From Pseudovirgaria hyperparasitica (Eukaryota): 64,000 bases of DNA. The notes under the pieces were generated by a model. That model was not told the DNA's origin. It made no database searches and saw nothing but the letters and a program-made list of their open reading frames with translations. The stretch lies in assembly GCA_010093815.1 (NCBI GenBank), contig ML996571.1, one strand, 5' to 3'. Shown one piece after another: positions 12,801 through 24,410 of the stretch. Position 1 is the first letter of the stretch. Each line of letters begins with the position of its first letter. The position numbers and the translations under genes were made by a program.

Positions 12801-15800
12801 AGTCATCTATAGGGTGTACTTTAACTCCCTTTCTTTTATATATAGTAGCTATACTAAATCCCTTTAATACCCCGGATGAATACCGTCTTTAGAGGCCGGT
12901 GGAGCCTACTATAAGCCGTTCTATTATTATGCCTTATTTATATATGAAGGTAGCGTACCTTACCGCCATAACTAGGGCGGCTAAGTTATCTTTTCTCGAT
13001 AACTAAGTAATATTTTTAGGCTGGATTTTCTCGGAAAGTAACTCTATATAACTTATTTCTATATCCGTATAAAAATATAGCCTATCCTCTTCGTTAGTAG
13101 GTTTACCGGACCCTATTTAGTGCGGATTATTAGTTAAGGGTAGCCCTTAACTAATAATCTAGCTTAACTCTAGCTTCCGGCGACATACTCCGCTATATAG
13201 TTAGTCTCTAGCCACGGAGTTACCCTCCTTCTCTAAGACTAGAATATACTTATCCGGACTAGTTTCGAAGGTTATATATTCTTATCTATATACGGAGTAG
13301 ACTATTAAGAGTACTTACCTAGAGGCTAACCTCTATACTATAAGTAAGGCCTATCTAGTATATAGCTCCCCTAGAATAAGGTTATAATTAAGTTTACTAT
13401 ATATAAATATCGAAGTAGCCGTAACGATCCGACCTATGCGGATAGAGTATTACTATACTATTCCTATGAATAGAGTACTATGCTAAGTAGCGCTAACTAA
13501 ACTCGAGTTCTTTATATATAGTAGAAGCGAAGATATTACTAGCCTAAGACGCCTTATAGTATCTAGTCGAATACTATTTACCTATGCGCTACTATTAAAT
13601 AGTACTATACTAGTCGCCCTTTTAGGACTAACTTCTACGGGGTACCTCGGATACTTAGCTACTAGCCTTACTATCCCTTCCTTAAGCTAATTAATATCTT
13701 ATTACGTGATAGCCGTCCCCGTGGTATAGAGGGGTACTAATATATTAAGTTTATTTATCTCGGGAGCTATAGTATAGTCGTTTCTTCCTTTCTTCTCGGC
13801 TCTCTCTTCTTAAGTCTTACGGACCTCTCTAGCTATGAAGTTAGGGGCGCCCTTCTCGAATACCGCACGATATAAGTCGCTATTAAGGCTTAATAGTTTA
13901 CTAATAGTAATGTTTATAGTTATCCCTAGAACGCGCACTAGCCATGCTTCGCTAGCTTCTATACTTAGCCGCTATCCTTCGCGTAGATAGTTATTAAGCT
14001 TAACGCCTTGGATACGTATCTTTTAACTAGGATTTAGGCTATCCCCTTTATCTATCTTATCCTCTAGCGCTATTGGCTCTTATTTAGACGTTCCCTAGTC
14101 GCTACTCTTCTCGCTATCCTTCTATTCCTCGATAATCCTTATATACTACTCTTTACGCATTCCACGGAGACGGGTAATCTTTCTTTCCTTAGTATGATTA
14201 GATGTACTCTTCGTAATCCCCCTTCTAGATATTATAAGTATAGTGGGCTCTTCTAGGGCTATCTTCTTATAGATATATCTATTACTAGCTACGTTAAAGC
14301 GTTCGTAGAATTCTATATATCTATCTTTCTTACTCTCGGGTAACATGACTTCTTCTTCCGAATCGCTATCTACTAAGGCCTAGTAGGGACCCTTCGTAGG
14401 TTTTATACTAATACTATATACTAGCACTCCCTATGAAGCGTTAATATTTACTACGGACGTAGAAACCTTTACTCCTCCTCCGTACTAGCTTAGACCGTTT
14501 TAAACCGTTACTATGTAGTTCCGGATAGCTTATAGAGTAGCTTATAGCCCTACCGAGGAGGGTAGTAATAGGATTTCTTCTCTATTCGCCCCGAAACGCC
14601 CTTAGAATACTTATACCCCGTTAATATTTAGTAATCCGTCTCTAATATATTCTACTATCTCCGGATATCTATATATTAGGTAATCTCCTCTATACGTAAT
14701 ATATACAATCGGTCTTCGAGGTCTATCCTAGGCTATAACGCCTCCTTAGGAGTCTCGGGTAGAGACGTATTCTCTATTCTATATATAATTCTATAGATAA
14801 ACTTACGTTAGTTCTATAGGCATGCCTCGTACTTAGGGATATACTAAAAGATTTAGTCTTCGCGCCTACTAGTTAATAATAGCCGAAAGTAGCTTAGGTT
14901 CGTACTTCTTAAGGGATAGGAATAAGGGATTAGAGGTAAAGTAGGACTTTATCTTAATTAACGTGAGGTCTAGTTTACTAAATCTCTCTACTATCTCGTT
15001 AAACTTATCTAATTCTAGCGTAACGTGTACTGCGACTAGAGAGGGGTAGTTAAATTTATTAGTTCTTCTTTCTTCATGTGACTACTCTTCTAAGCCGGTC
15101 TTCTTACTCTCTATCTTTGATTTATAGTATATGGCTATGGCTAGCTCTTATGCGGCTAAGTACTTATTAATACGAGCTAGTTCCTTAAGTACTCTAGCCT
15201 TTTATAATACGAAGCTATAGATAATTACCTAGTCGTAACTATATGCTTCTATTATAAGTTAACATTTCTCTATAGCCCGAGCCTTAAGACTATTAGGCAG
15301 CCCTTCTAGGAAGAGCTCTATTCGCGAATACGAGCTTAGGCTTCCTTTAGCCGTAAGTTTCTCCGTAATAATACGATACCGGGAGTAGTATATAGAGAGA
15401 GAGTAGGATGGGTCTACTTTAACTATTTCCACGTATTTTCGGATAAAGTAGATGGTACCTTCCTCGAGGGCAGAGTTAAATAGAGAGAATTCCTTTAATA
15501 ATTCTTTACGTAGCGTGGTCTACTACTATTTCTAAACCCTACTTATTTCTTTAATAGTAGGACGGAGATGGTCCTCGTAGTATAACGGTAGGGAGATTAT
15601 CTTCTTATTAGGCGGAACTTCGTAGTTTATATATATATCCTCGTACTTCCGAAGGAAGGCCGTGATATTTATTTCTTTAAAGCGCTTGGGGGCTAGGGTA
15701 GGTAGAGGTACTATCCTTCCTTATCGCGCAAATGCTACGAAGAAGTTAAGTATCTCTCTACGAGTTACTAGGTTGTTATTTTAAGCTTCTATCGTACTAT

Positions 15801-15905
15801 TACTAGTAGTAGGTATACTAGTAGAGACGCTAGGGGTAAGGTTATTAGTTAAGAGATTACCTTAACTAAAGGTTAGCCTAATACGTCTACTTATAACACC
15901 TATCA
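9830..15905 (-). pseudogene. RIP-inactivated gag-pol of element C (gag, PR, RT, RNase H, INT)
   Basis: gag KRFKEINITAFLRKYED; PR LF(D)S(G)A(Q)V about 13590; RT DFF(S)GYD(Q)I, LP(Q)GATN(S)VA(Q)F, PFLD(D)LGIKGP about 11980 (Ylt1-type); RH IILVVDSSNVG(W)G; INT YNP(Q) and AVV(W)VDRIT; boundaries approximate. Confidence 0.9.
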
Positions 15906-16351
15906 TCCCTTCTCTATATTGACTAATCCCTTTATAAGATAAACTATTACTATCGTCTTTATCGATATAAGGTTCACGGTATCCTACTTATATTATTATC
16001 TTCGTGTAAGGCGTTCCTAAAGTAGTATACTCGTATAGCCGTGTTTATAAATAATAGCTATAGTAGTACTAAATAGGTTATATTTATCGTTTTTAAACTC
16101 TTCTTTGCTACTTCATCTGGCCCTATTTTATATCCTATTCCCCTAAGACATTTTCGAGTCGCGCTATCACCCGTGTTAGCATGCGTATACTTTTTACGGC
16201 TACTTTTAAGAGGCTAGCCCCTAGCGACTCTAGACTCCCTATTTTCTAGACTCGTGGCTTCGATCTAGTAAGTCTAGACTACCTTATTAGGCACGCTATA
16301 TACTTCCCCTAAGCTAGTTTCGGAGTTCTAATCTCCCCTATAAGTTTATAG

Positions 16352-16368
16352 TCCGGGTACGACCTCTA
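16352..16368 (-). promoter_or_regulatory. Primer-binding site of element C (complement of a tRNA 3' end, possibly tRNA-Cys)
   Basis: Plus-strand tccgggtacgacctcta de-RIPs to TCCGGGTGCGACCT-CCA, a tRNA 3' end with a U discriminator, 4-5 nt from the LTR. Confidence 0.6.
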
Positions 16369-16372
16369 AAAT

Positions 16373-16744
16373 TATAGTAAGCCATTGCTACGTGTGTCCC
16401 TTTTATAAATGGCTATGTTCCTAGTATAGTAGTCACGACGAACTTATAAGTATCTCTCCTAGGTATTATAAGTTCTCTTTAAACGCACGACTTCTTATTA
16501 GTTCTCTTTTACGATAGGACGGGTCTATATAATACTCTTAATTAATTCTTTAATAGCTAAGCCTAATAATTAATATCTATAGAGGCCTATGAATATAAGG
16601 AAAGGTCGAATAGTCGAATATTAGTAATGGGGGAAGCGCGCCAAGTAGAATGACCAAGGAAAACGCCCTCCTTAAATATATAATGAAGCCATGTAATCGA
16701 GCTAGGGACATATACATATAGGGCTGCAGGAGCGGCCTTCCACA
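16373..16744 (-). repeat. 5' LTR of element C
   Basis: Direct repeat of 5307-5678, with transition-type differences. Confidence 0.93.
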
Positions 16745-17569
16745 ATAGTATACCGAATTAAATATTCTAAGGATACCTATAACTAGGACACGTTTACTAA
16801 ATTTCTCCTCTAATATTTTAGTAATAAAGCTAAACGACGCGACTAGGTCTAGAGCTATATCTTTAAGACTTAATAATAAGATAATTAGTTACTATTATAA
16901 CTTCTTAAATACCTTCGGCCCCTCTAGAGAGAAGCTAAAGAAGATTATATAATTCGATAGTACGACGACTTTAAATAGTCTCTTACCCTAAATATAAAGG
17001 ACCGTCTTAACCTTATAATAATAATCCCTATAGATCTCTAAGCTCTTATAAACCTCGCGGAGCGATACTAGCGTATAATAAATAATTAACACCGTGCTAG
17101 TATACGACTATCCTTAATAATCTAATCTAATATAAAATTATCTAACTAAAACCGATTTAGTAATAGATCTCGCGGGACGTTATAAGGCTACTACTACGCC
17201 TTAAATTTAAAACCACGCGGATTGTATCGTAGATCTCCCTACTAATTAATATATTAAGATATAAGGACCGACTCGTATAAACGACCTAAAGTTACTTACT
17301 ATACCTATAGTAGAATAGGCTATATAGTACCTAAGTACTATTTAGAGAAGCTACTAAGTACTAATATAACTAACTAACTAGTTATATACTATAAGTGCTA
17401 GTAGCTAGGATATATCGCGCCTAACTATCTAGTATAGAATATAAAAAACTAATAGCCTACGAGAAACCCTTATAACTTATAGACGCGACTATAATAGAGG
17501 GATAATCCGCTAAATAGTATATTAAACTATAGGCTAGACCTATCGAGATCCCTTATAGATAATATTAGA

Positions 17570-20500
17570 CTATAATACTTAATAGTAGATCGGCTACTAA
17601 CGTTATATCGACCTAATAAGTATAAGAACTTAACGCCGATATCTAAGCTCTAATAGATACTATATTCTATAGTATTAACGGTTCTATTAAGTTATACGGC
17701 ACCTATACTATTAAATATAGTATCTAGGATAGCGGAGGGAAATAGAAACTCTACTACTTAACCTTTATCGTGGTAGATAGTCCCTTCGATATAATCCTAG
17801 GTATACTATAGCTTAAGAAATATAACCTAAAACTAGACTTCCTTAAGAAGATAGCTAGCTAGTATATAAATCCACCTTAATAGAAACTAGTATAGCTTAT
17901 TAATAATAAATAATTCTAGAAAGATTATAAGAAGGCGATCTCTACTATCTATATACTCTTACTTACGTAAAATAGCGAGCTTAGTATTAAAGTAGACGAA
18001 AACCTACTATATTAGTATAAAATATACTAATATATCGTATTAGCGATCGATTCCTCTAAACTACCTTAATACTAATCTACTAACCTTACTATTAATCTCG
18101 AAGATAGCTAGTAACCTCTATATAGATCTATCTACCCTCTTTTAGAACCTAAGTTATAAGCCCTTTAAGAATATATTAAAAAGAACCTTATATAAGGATA
18201 GATTAGGCCTAGTATATCCCTAGCCGGAGCTCTAATCCTCTTTATAAAGAAGAAGAATAGGAGTCTCTATCTATATATTAACTACTATAGCCTAAATAAT
18301 ATTACGCGAAAGAATCGTTATCTACTACCTCTTATCTCTAAGTCTATTAATAGACTAGAACGCGTAAAGATCTTTACTAAGCTTAATCTATATAACGCCT
18401 ACTATCGCCTTCGTATTAAGGAAGGCGATAAATAGAAAACGGCTTTTAGAACCCGTTATAGATACTTTAAGTATACCGTGGTCCCTTTTAGACTAACTAA
18501 TGTACTAGGCACCTTCTAAGCGTATATTAATAACGCGCTAGTAGGCCTACTTAACACGATATATATCATGTACCTAGATAATATTCTTATCTTCTTAGAT
18601 AACGAGGAGGAGTATATCTAGCACGTACGTATAGTCCTAGATAGGCTAGAAAAGTATAAGCTATATATTAAGCTATCTAAATACGAGTTCTATTAGAACT
18701 ATATTAACTTTCTTAGCTTTATTATTACTAATTAAGGTATAACTATAGAGAGAGATAGAGTTACTACTATTATAGACTAGCCTAAACTAAAATCCGTTTA
18801 AGATATACGTGTCTTTATTAGCTTTACTAACTACTACCGAAAATTTATTAAACACTTCTCCCGTTTAGCCGTACTACTTAATACGTATACTACTACTACC
18901 GACTTATCTATTATAGTCCGTAGTAGATAGAAATAGCGTAATATTAAATTATAATCTATTAAATTAACTAAGGTCAAAAGAATATCCTTTAAGAAGATTA
19001 AAGAAGTATTTATAACCGCTCTATTACTAGTATACTTTAATCTAACTAAACCTATTCACGTTAAAACTAATATATTAGAATTTATAATCTTAGGTATACT
19101 CTTCTAGCCTAGACTAATAGAGTCTAAAAAGGTCTAATAGTATCTAGTTACGTTCTTCTCGCGTAAGATAGCTAATATTAAGACTAGATATACTATTTAT
19201 AACTAAGAGCTACTAGTAATAGTAGTGTAAGGAGGCGGGCTCCACGTACCAACCAACTATACCAAAAGGACCGAATCTTGAAGCTACTACTTCAAGGGTA
19301 GAGCACACTGCTTATATACGACTACTATATATATATATAATTAACTAGTAGGCCACGTGCTCCTCACGTGCCTAATATTATCCCTCTTTTTAAAGGCGCG
19401 TGTCCTCACGCGTCGTGGGCATACTACCTTACGAAAGATAAACTAAACTAGCCGTAACAGGCCTAGTATAAACGATGTACACACACAACCAATACTCGCA
19501 ATGCCGCCTCCAGCACCAGACACGCTAACTTACCGTAGTGACGTTACTACCATGTTATCCGTCACGTACACAAAGCACACGTGACGTGGCTAGCTAAACG
19601 GAATCGTACGAAATTCAATAACGGTTGACTAGACCGAGAGTTAAACCCGTGACCCCATAGTAGCTTTAAGATTATGTAAGGAGGCGGGCTCCACGCACTA
19701 ACCAACTACACTAAAAGGACCGAATCTTGAAGCTACTGCTTCAAGGGTAGAGCACACTGCTTATATACGACTGCTACACACATGTATAATCAACTGGTAG
19801 GCCACGTGCTCCTTACGTGCCTAACAAGTAGAGTCGTTTAAGTAGTAGCAATATTATCTTAAAGGTACTATATATAACGTTAAGTTACTAACTAATTACT
19901 ATAACTTAAAGGGGTTTATAAGTATAATAGTTTTAAATCGTCGATAGGTTCGATAGGCTAAGTAGCTTATAAATTTCTACTTTATAATCTACTATTAACC
20001 TAGAAGTATAAACCTAGCTAATAGAATATTAAGAAGACCTAACTATAAAGAAGGCGCCTAGAATTATAGTAGCTATAGGGTCCTAGAGTAGCTATAGGTC
20101 TAACTCTTAAGGACGAGGTTAGATAATAAGTTATCCGATAATTAGTAAGATACTAATACTAATACTAGTAATCGAATTTATAAGACTAAAGCCGGTAACT
20201 AAAGACGCGGTACTAAAGTCTCTAGTAAGCTATTTATTAGCGCTATTAGGGAGGGCGATAGTACCTAGCGTATATATTAAGTAGACCTCGCCTAGTTAAT
20301 TATAGATCTATAAAAGATAGACCTAATAGTTTTAAAGTTATATAAAATATAGTAAGATAGGTTATTACGGACCGAAGTAGACTATAAGTAGACCTTTATA
20401 GATAGCTTACTCTACTATAATAGAAAGTACTATATACCGACGGGTAACGCACGATTTACTATAGTTAGCCGATACTATAACGCTAACCTAGTAGGATATT

Positions 20501-21720
20501 TCGGGTATATATATACCCTAAGCTCGATTTATTAGTACTATTTTTAGGAAGATATACCTAAGTACGTCGAAGAATAGATAGCTACTTATCTAATTTATTA
20601 AAGAATAAAGGCACCTAGGTATAAGCTATATAGAAACTTATAGCCTCTACTAGTCCCCCTCTTTATATAGGAAGATATTACTATAGATTTTATAGTTAAC
20701 TTATCTCTAAGTAAGATACTTAGAATAAGTTATAATTTAATTCTTATTATCGTAGATAGACTTATAAAGATATCTAGGTACGTCCCTATATAGAAGACGA
20801 TTATATTAAAAGAACTAGTATAAGTATTCTAGAATAAGATTATTAAGGTCTATAGTATACTAAAAAGGATCGTTACGGACTAAGGGAGTATATTCATATC
20901 TAAATTCTAGATATTATTCTACGAAATGGCCGGTATAAATAGAAATATATTAATAGTATTCTATCTATAAATAGATAGTTCGATAGAGCGATAGAACTAA
21001 ACGCTTAAGGCCTACCTTCGTACATTCTATAATTTTAAATAAGACGACTAGACCTCTCTACTAAGTATAGTAGAATTTATATATAATAATAGTTATTATA
21101 GTATAATAGGTGTTACACCCTTCTAGACGAACCTAGAACATAGTCTAAGGATAGGTTTTAAACCTTATATAGTCTAGTTCGACCGAATAATAGATGTTAA
21201 CGTCTATACGTAGAAACTAGCGATTAAAATCTTTAAAACTACATGTAACTATCGCGTAATAATCTAGTAAGTAAATAAGTTATATATAAAGTAGTATAAT
21301 AGATTAGTTAAAGATTAAGCGTATAAGGAGGGAGACGAAGTCCTCCTTAACGTCCGTAATATATAAATATCGCGAGTAAATAAAAAGCTTAATTATAAAA
21401 TGGCTGGTCCCTTCCGAATCAAACGTTATATTAGTATAAGAGCCTACGAGCTCGACCTAGAAAACGATATAAAAGTCTATAATATATTCTATATCTTATT
21501 ACTTAAAAGGTTTTAATCTAATATATATAAACGCACGAACGTATAATTACACTCTATTATACCCTAAGATAGACTAGACGTATATAAAGTAGACTATATT
21601 ATCGAATATAGGCTCGACTAGAACGGTATCTAAAAGTATCGAATCTATTAGAAGAACTATACCGAGGATAAGGACACCTAGGAACCTATAGTATATATCT
21701 TAAGTACCGCGATAGCTATA
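17570..21720 (+). pseudogene. RIP-inactivated pol of family A (protease, RT, RNase H, integrase, chromodomain)
   Basis: Motifs, partly de-RIPed: L(D)S(G)SATNVIS about 17578; KTAFRTRY..FEY.VVPFGLTN about 18435; YLD(D)ILIF 18571; ELL(A)IV|ESFK split by D1; DITIDFIVNL and RIVTD(Q)G in the integrase; chromodomain YEVDYII..KYRI.WKNY..DTWEP about 21580-21710. Confidence 0.93.
19226..19826 (-). mobile_element. TRIM-like non-autonomous LTR element D1 (152-bp LTRs at 19226-19377 and 19675-19826; 297-bp non-coding interior)
   Basis: TG...CA termini; perfect 5-bp TSD AGTAG; PPT aaaaagaggga on the minus strand; inserted in the RNase H of A2. Confidence 0.93.
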
Positions 21721-22329
21721 TATAAATAGAGGTTATAGGATAACACGTTACTACCGTAAACCTAGTACCGTTAGGGCTATTATAAAAAGAAGAAGGATAC
21801 CGTAAAGAATAAAGTATTAAATTACGAATCCTAAACGCATACTAGGAAAACTCTATAAGGTAGCCCTATAATTTAAGTAATGCACGGTTACTAAACGCGA
21901 AGAAAACATAAATAACTATTATAGACACGTAACGCGATATATTATAATAGAATAATATAGAGAAGTCTAGAATAGACTAATATAGACTATTATACACGAG
22001 AAGAATATAGGACTAAGAAACTAAAAAGATACCCTACTACGGAATTAAACTCGTAATATATAATATAAAAGGTTAGAGTACCCGAACTAATAACTACTAG
22101 ACTACTAGTTCGGGTACTCTAATATAATTTAGAGAGATAAACTAATTTATATATAATACCTATACTTAAGTAACTTAAAGGAAATTAGAACCTAAAATTT
22201 AATAGTTATAGAATAAATAAGAATGTATATAATATCATTAAGTTAAGAATTAAATTACTAGAAAACTAGTAGATAGGTATCTAAACGGTCTAAAAAGGAC
22301 TAAAACGGATAGAAACTAGGTAGATAGAG

Positions 22330-23684
22330 CTAATATATACTATATAGAAACCCTAGTAAATAGAGCTATAGAGCTACTCCTCTATCTTATTATTACTCTT
22401 AGAGTATAGTAAATAAACTAACTAAGTAATAGAGCGACGGAGGTTAGAGACCTTATCCTCTAGAGTAACCACGCGCTTAGTTAGAGCCTAGTAAGACGAT
22501 AACTAAGCGCTAGAGCGGAGCGACTAGACCTAAAGTTAGCTAACGCGGTCTAGAATAATCTAGAATAGAATATATACCCTCTTATAAGGTAACTTAGAAG
22601 GAGAACTAGTAGATCTCTTATAAGACCCGTTAGTAGCACGAGGCGGACGGGAAGAAATAGTATAAATCTCTTCTACGGCCTTAGTAGCTAAAACTAACTC
22701 CCTAGAATAGGTAGTCTAAGCGCTAGGAATCTCGCGGCGACTAAAAATTATAAGCTAAGGTTAATAATAATTAACGGTTTCTAAACTTATACTTTAATAA
22801 CCTCTAGAAAGAGCTTATAGCGCTCCCTAAACTCCCTATATATAGAAGCTAGGTAACTACTAGAACCGCCGAGAGTCTCACGGACGCGAAGATTATTATA
22901 TATATCTTATATATAAATAGGAACCTAAAAACGCATTAGTATAGATAACTTTAGATTACCCTAGACTAAAATAGCCTAATAGACTTATCTAAAGATAAAC
23001 TTTACTAAGAACGGTATAGCGGTAGTAGTAGATAGAGAGCTTAAAGATTAGGCGTATAGGCCTATCGCGGTTAGTAGAGTAGTAGCTAATACTAGAGTTA
23101 GAGTAGAAGAGATATTTAGAGCTAGTAGCGTGAGCCTTAATATACTTAAAGTATATTAAACTATAGTTCGCCGTTTTTCTATAGCGTAAACTACGACCAC
23201 GTTTAGTACCTTTAGCAACCTAGGCCTTATTATTACTAGGGCTAGGTTTAGAGTAAATATTAAGGTCCTAAAAGGACCTAGAGTAACTAAGTTAGTCTAT
23301 ATTAGACCGAAAAGAGGAATAGTATTTAGAGCGAGGCGGCGAAGGCGTAAACTCTTAATTATTATCTATAATAAGATCTTCTTTATCCTCTAAAGAAGGT
23401 AGAGTAGATAGGCGGCGCGAGTAGATATAGATAGGCTTTATAGCTACCTCTTCCGTAATACTAGTACTAGGATTACCTAGATTAGAGTAACTAGTAGCTA
23501 CGTTAGTAGTAATAATAATAGTAGTAGTAGCCTTAGCTACCTTCTTCTCTAACTTAGAGCGCGCCTTTATACTACTATAATAAGTGGATTTTTTAGCCGG
23601 TATAGCTAGGGTAGAGATAATCCCTTTAGAGCGAGTCTTACGAGAGAAGAAGGTAGGCTTAGAAATAGGACTAGTATTAGACAT
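22330..23684 (-). pseudogene. RIPed spliced antisense gene in the 3' region of element A (about 410 aa; Cys-rich motif after de-RIP; C-terminal coiled coil)
   Basis: ATG at 23684 directly after a gctaac...tatag acceptor; 5'UTR intron 23872-23685 (GTAAGT); introns 22988-22925 and 22790-22741 restore a continuous frame; 3' end approximate. Confidence 0.65.
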
Positions 23685-24170
23685 CTATAATACACGTTAG
23701 CTAGAGATCTAAGAGTAGAATACTCGTTCAGCCTTAAAGGCGATTAAAGAAGCTAAATTAGTAACCGTAATAACGCGAATAGATTATATAGGACTAGCTC
23801 TAACGAAAATAGACTACTCTAGACCCGAATAGATCTAAACTAAAGGAGATAGTATACGAATTAATAACTTACCTTAAGAGTAAGGTAGATATACTAGAGA
23901 AGAAAATTTAGAATAAGAGAACTAAATATAAGCTTAGTTAATATAGCGGTTATATAACCCGCGGAGCTACCTCTAAGGTAGTAGCTATAAAGCGAGGGAT
24001 AAGCGCGTATATAAATAAAAGTAAACTAGAGCTTAAGTTTACTAATATAAAGACTATTAATAATATTATATAGATTTAATTAGATGCGCGTATAAATATA
24101 ACGCTTATAGAATTATAGATTTATATATAGCTAAGTACTTCGGGGCAAAGTATAAAAAGAAGAAGGATAT

Positions 24171-24410
24171 TATTAGAGCTAATACTAGAATAGACTTAAC
24201 TAGACTACTATGGTCTAGTACGGTCCGTAATAGGTGGACCTAGGTTAAGCTAGCTAGAATAAGCGAGACTACTATATAAGTAGGCCGTATATACTTAATT
24301 CCTACTCTTTAGAAATTAACCTTATTAGAAGAGTAGACTACCCTTTTAAATATATTCCTAAATCCTTCTATGACCTGTTAGACTACTATCCTACGTCTAT
24401 AATCCTTATA
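24171..24410 (+). repeat. LTR family A, copy 3 (3' LTR)
   Basis: Direct repeat of the other A LTRs; preceded by a polypurine tract at 24151-24169. Confidence 0.92.

Larger units (their letters stand above)
5307..16744 (-). mobile_element. Complete 11.4-kb Ylt1-like Ty3/gypsy element C with an extra 3' ORF, inserted in the gag of A2
   Basis: 372-bp LTRs at both ends; 4-bp TSD ATAG (5303-5306 / 16745-16748), with the empty site seen in A1 (cgttagatagtatac); PPT ggggagg next to the left LTR; tRNA-type PBS next to the right LTR. Confidence 0.93.
4347..24410 (+). mobile_element. Ty3/gypsy chromovirus family A copy 2 (LTR-gag-PR-RT-RH-INT-chromodomain-extra region-LTR), interrupted by C and D1
   Basis: Paired 240-bp LTRs; PPT aaaaagaagaagga before the 3' LTR; full pol motif set; removing C and D1 restores a contiguous element of about 8 kb. 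Confidence 0.92.

Noticed and set aside
7720..14346. ORF-track entries 7720-7932 (+), 10585-10860 (+) and 14146-14346 (-) as genes
   Set aside because: Antisense shadows or stop-free fragments of RIPed element C
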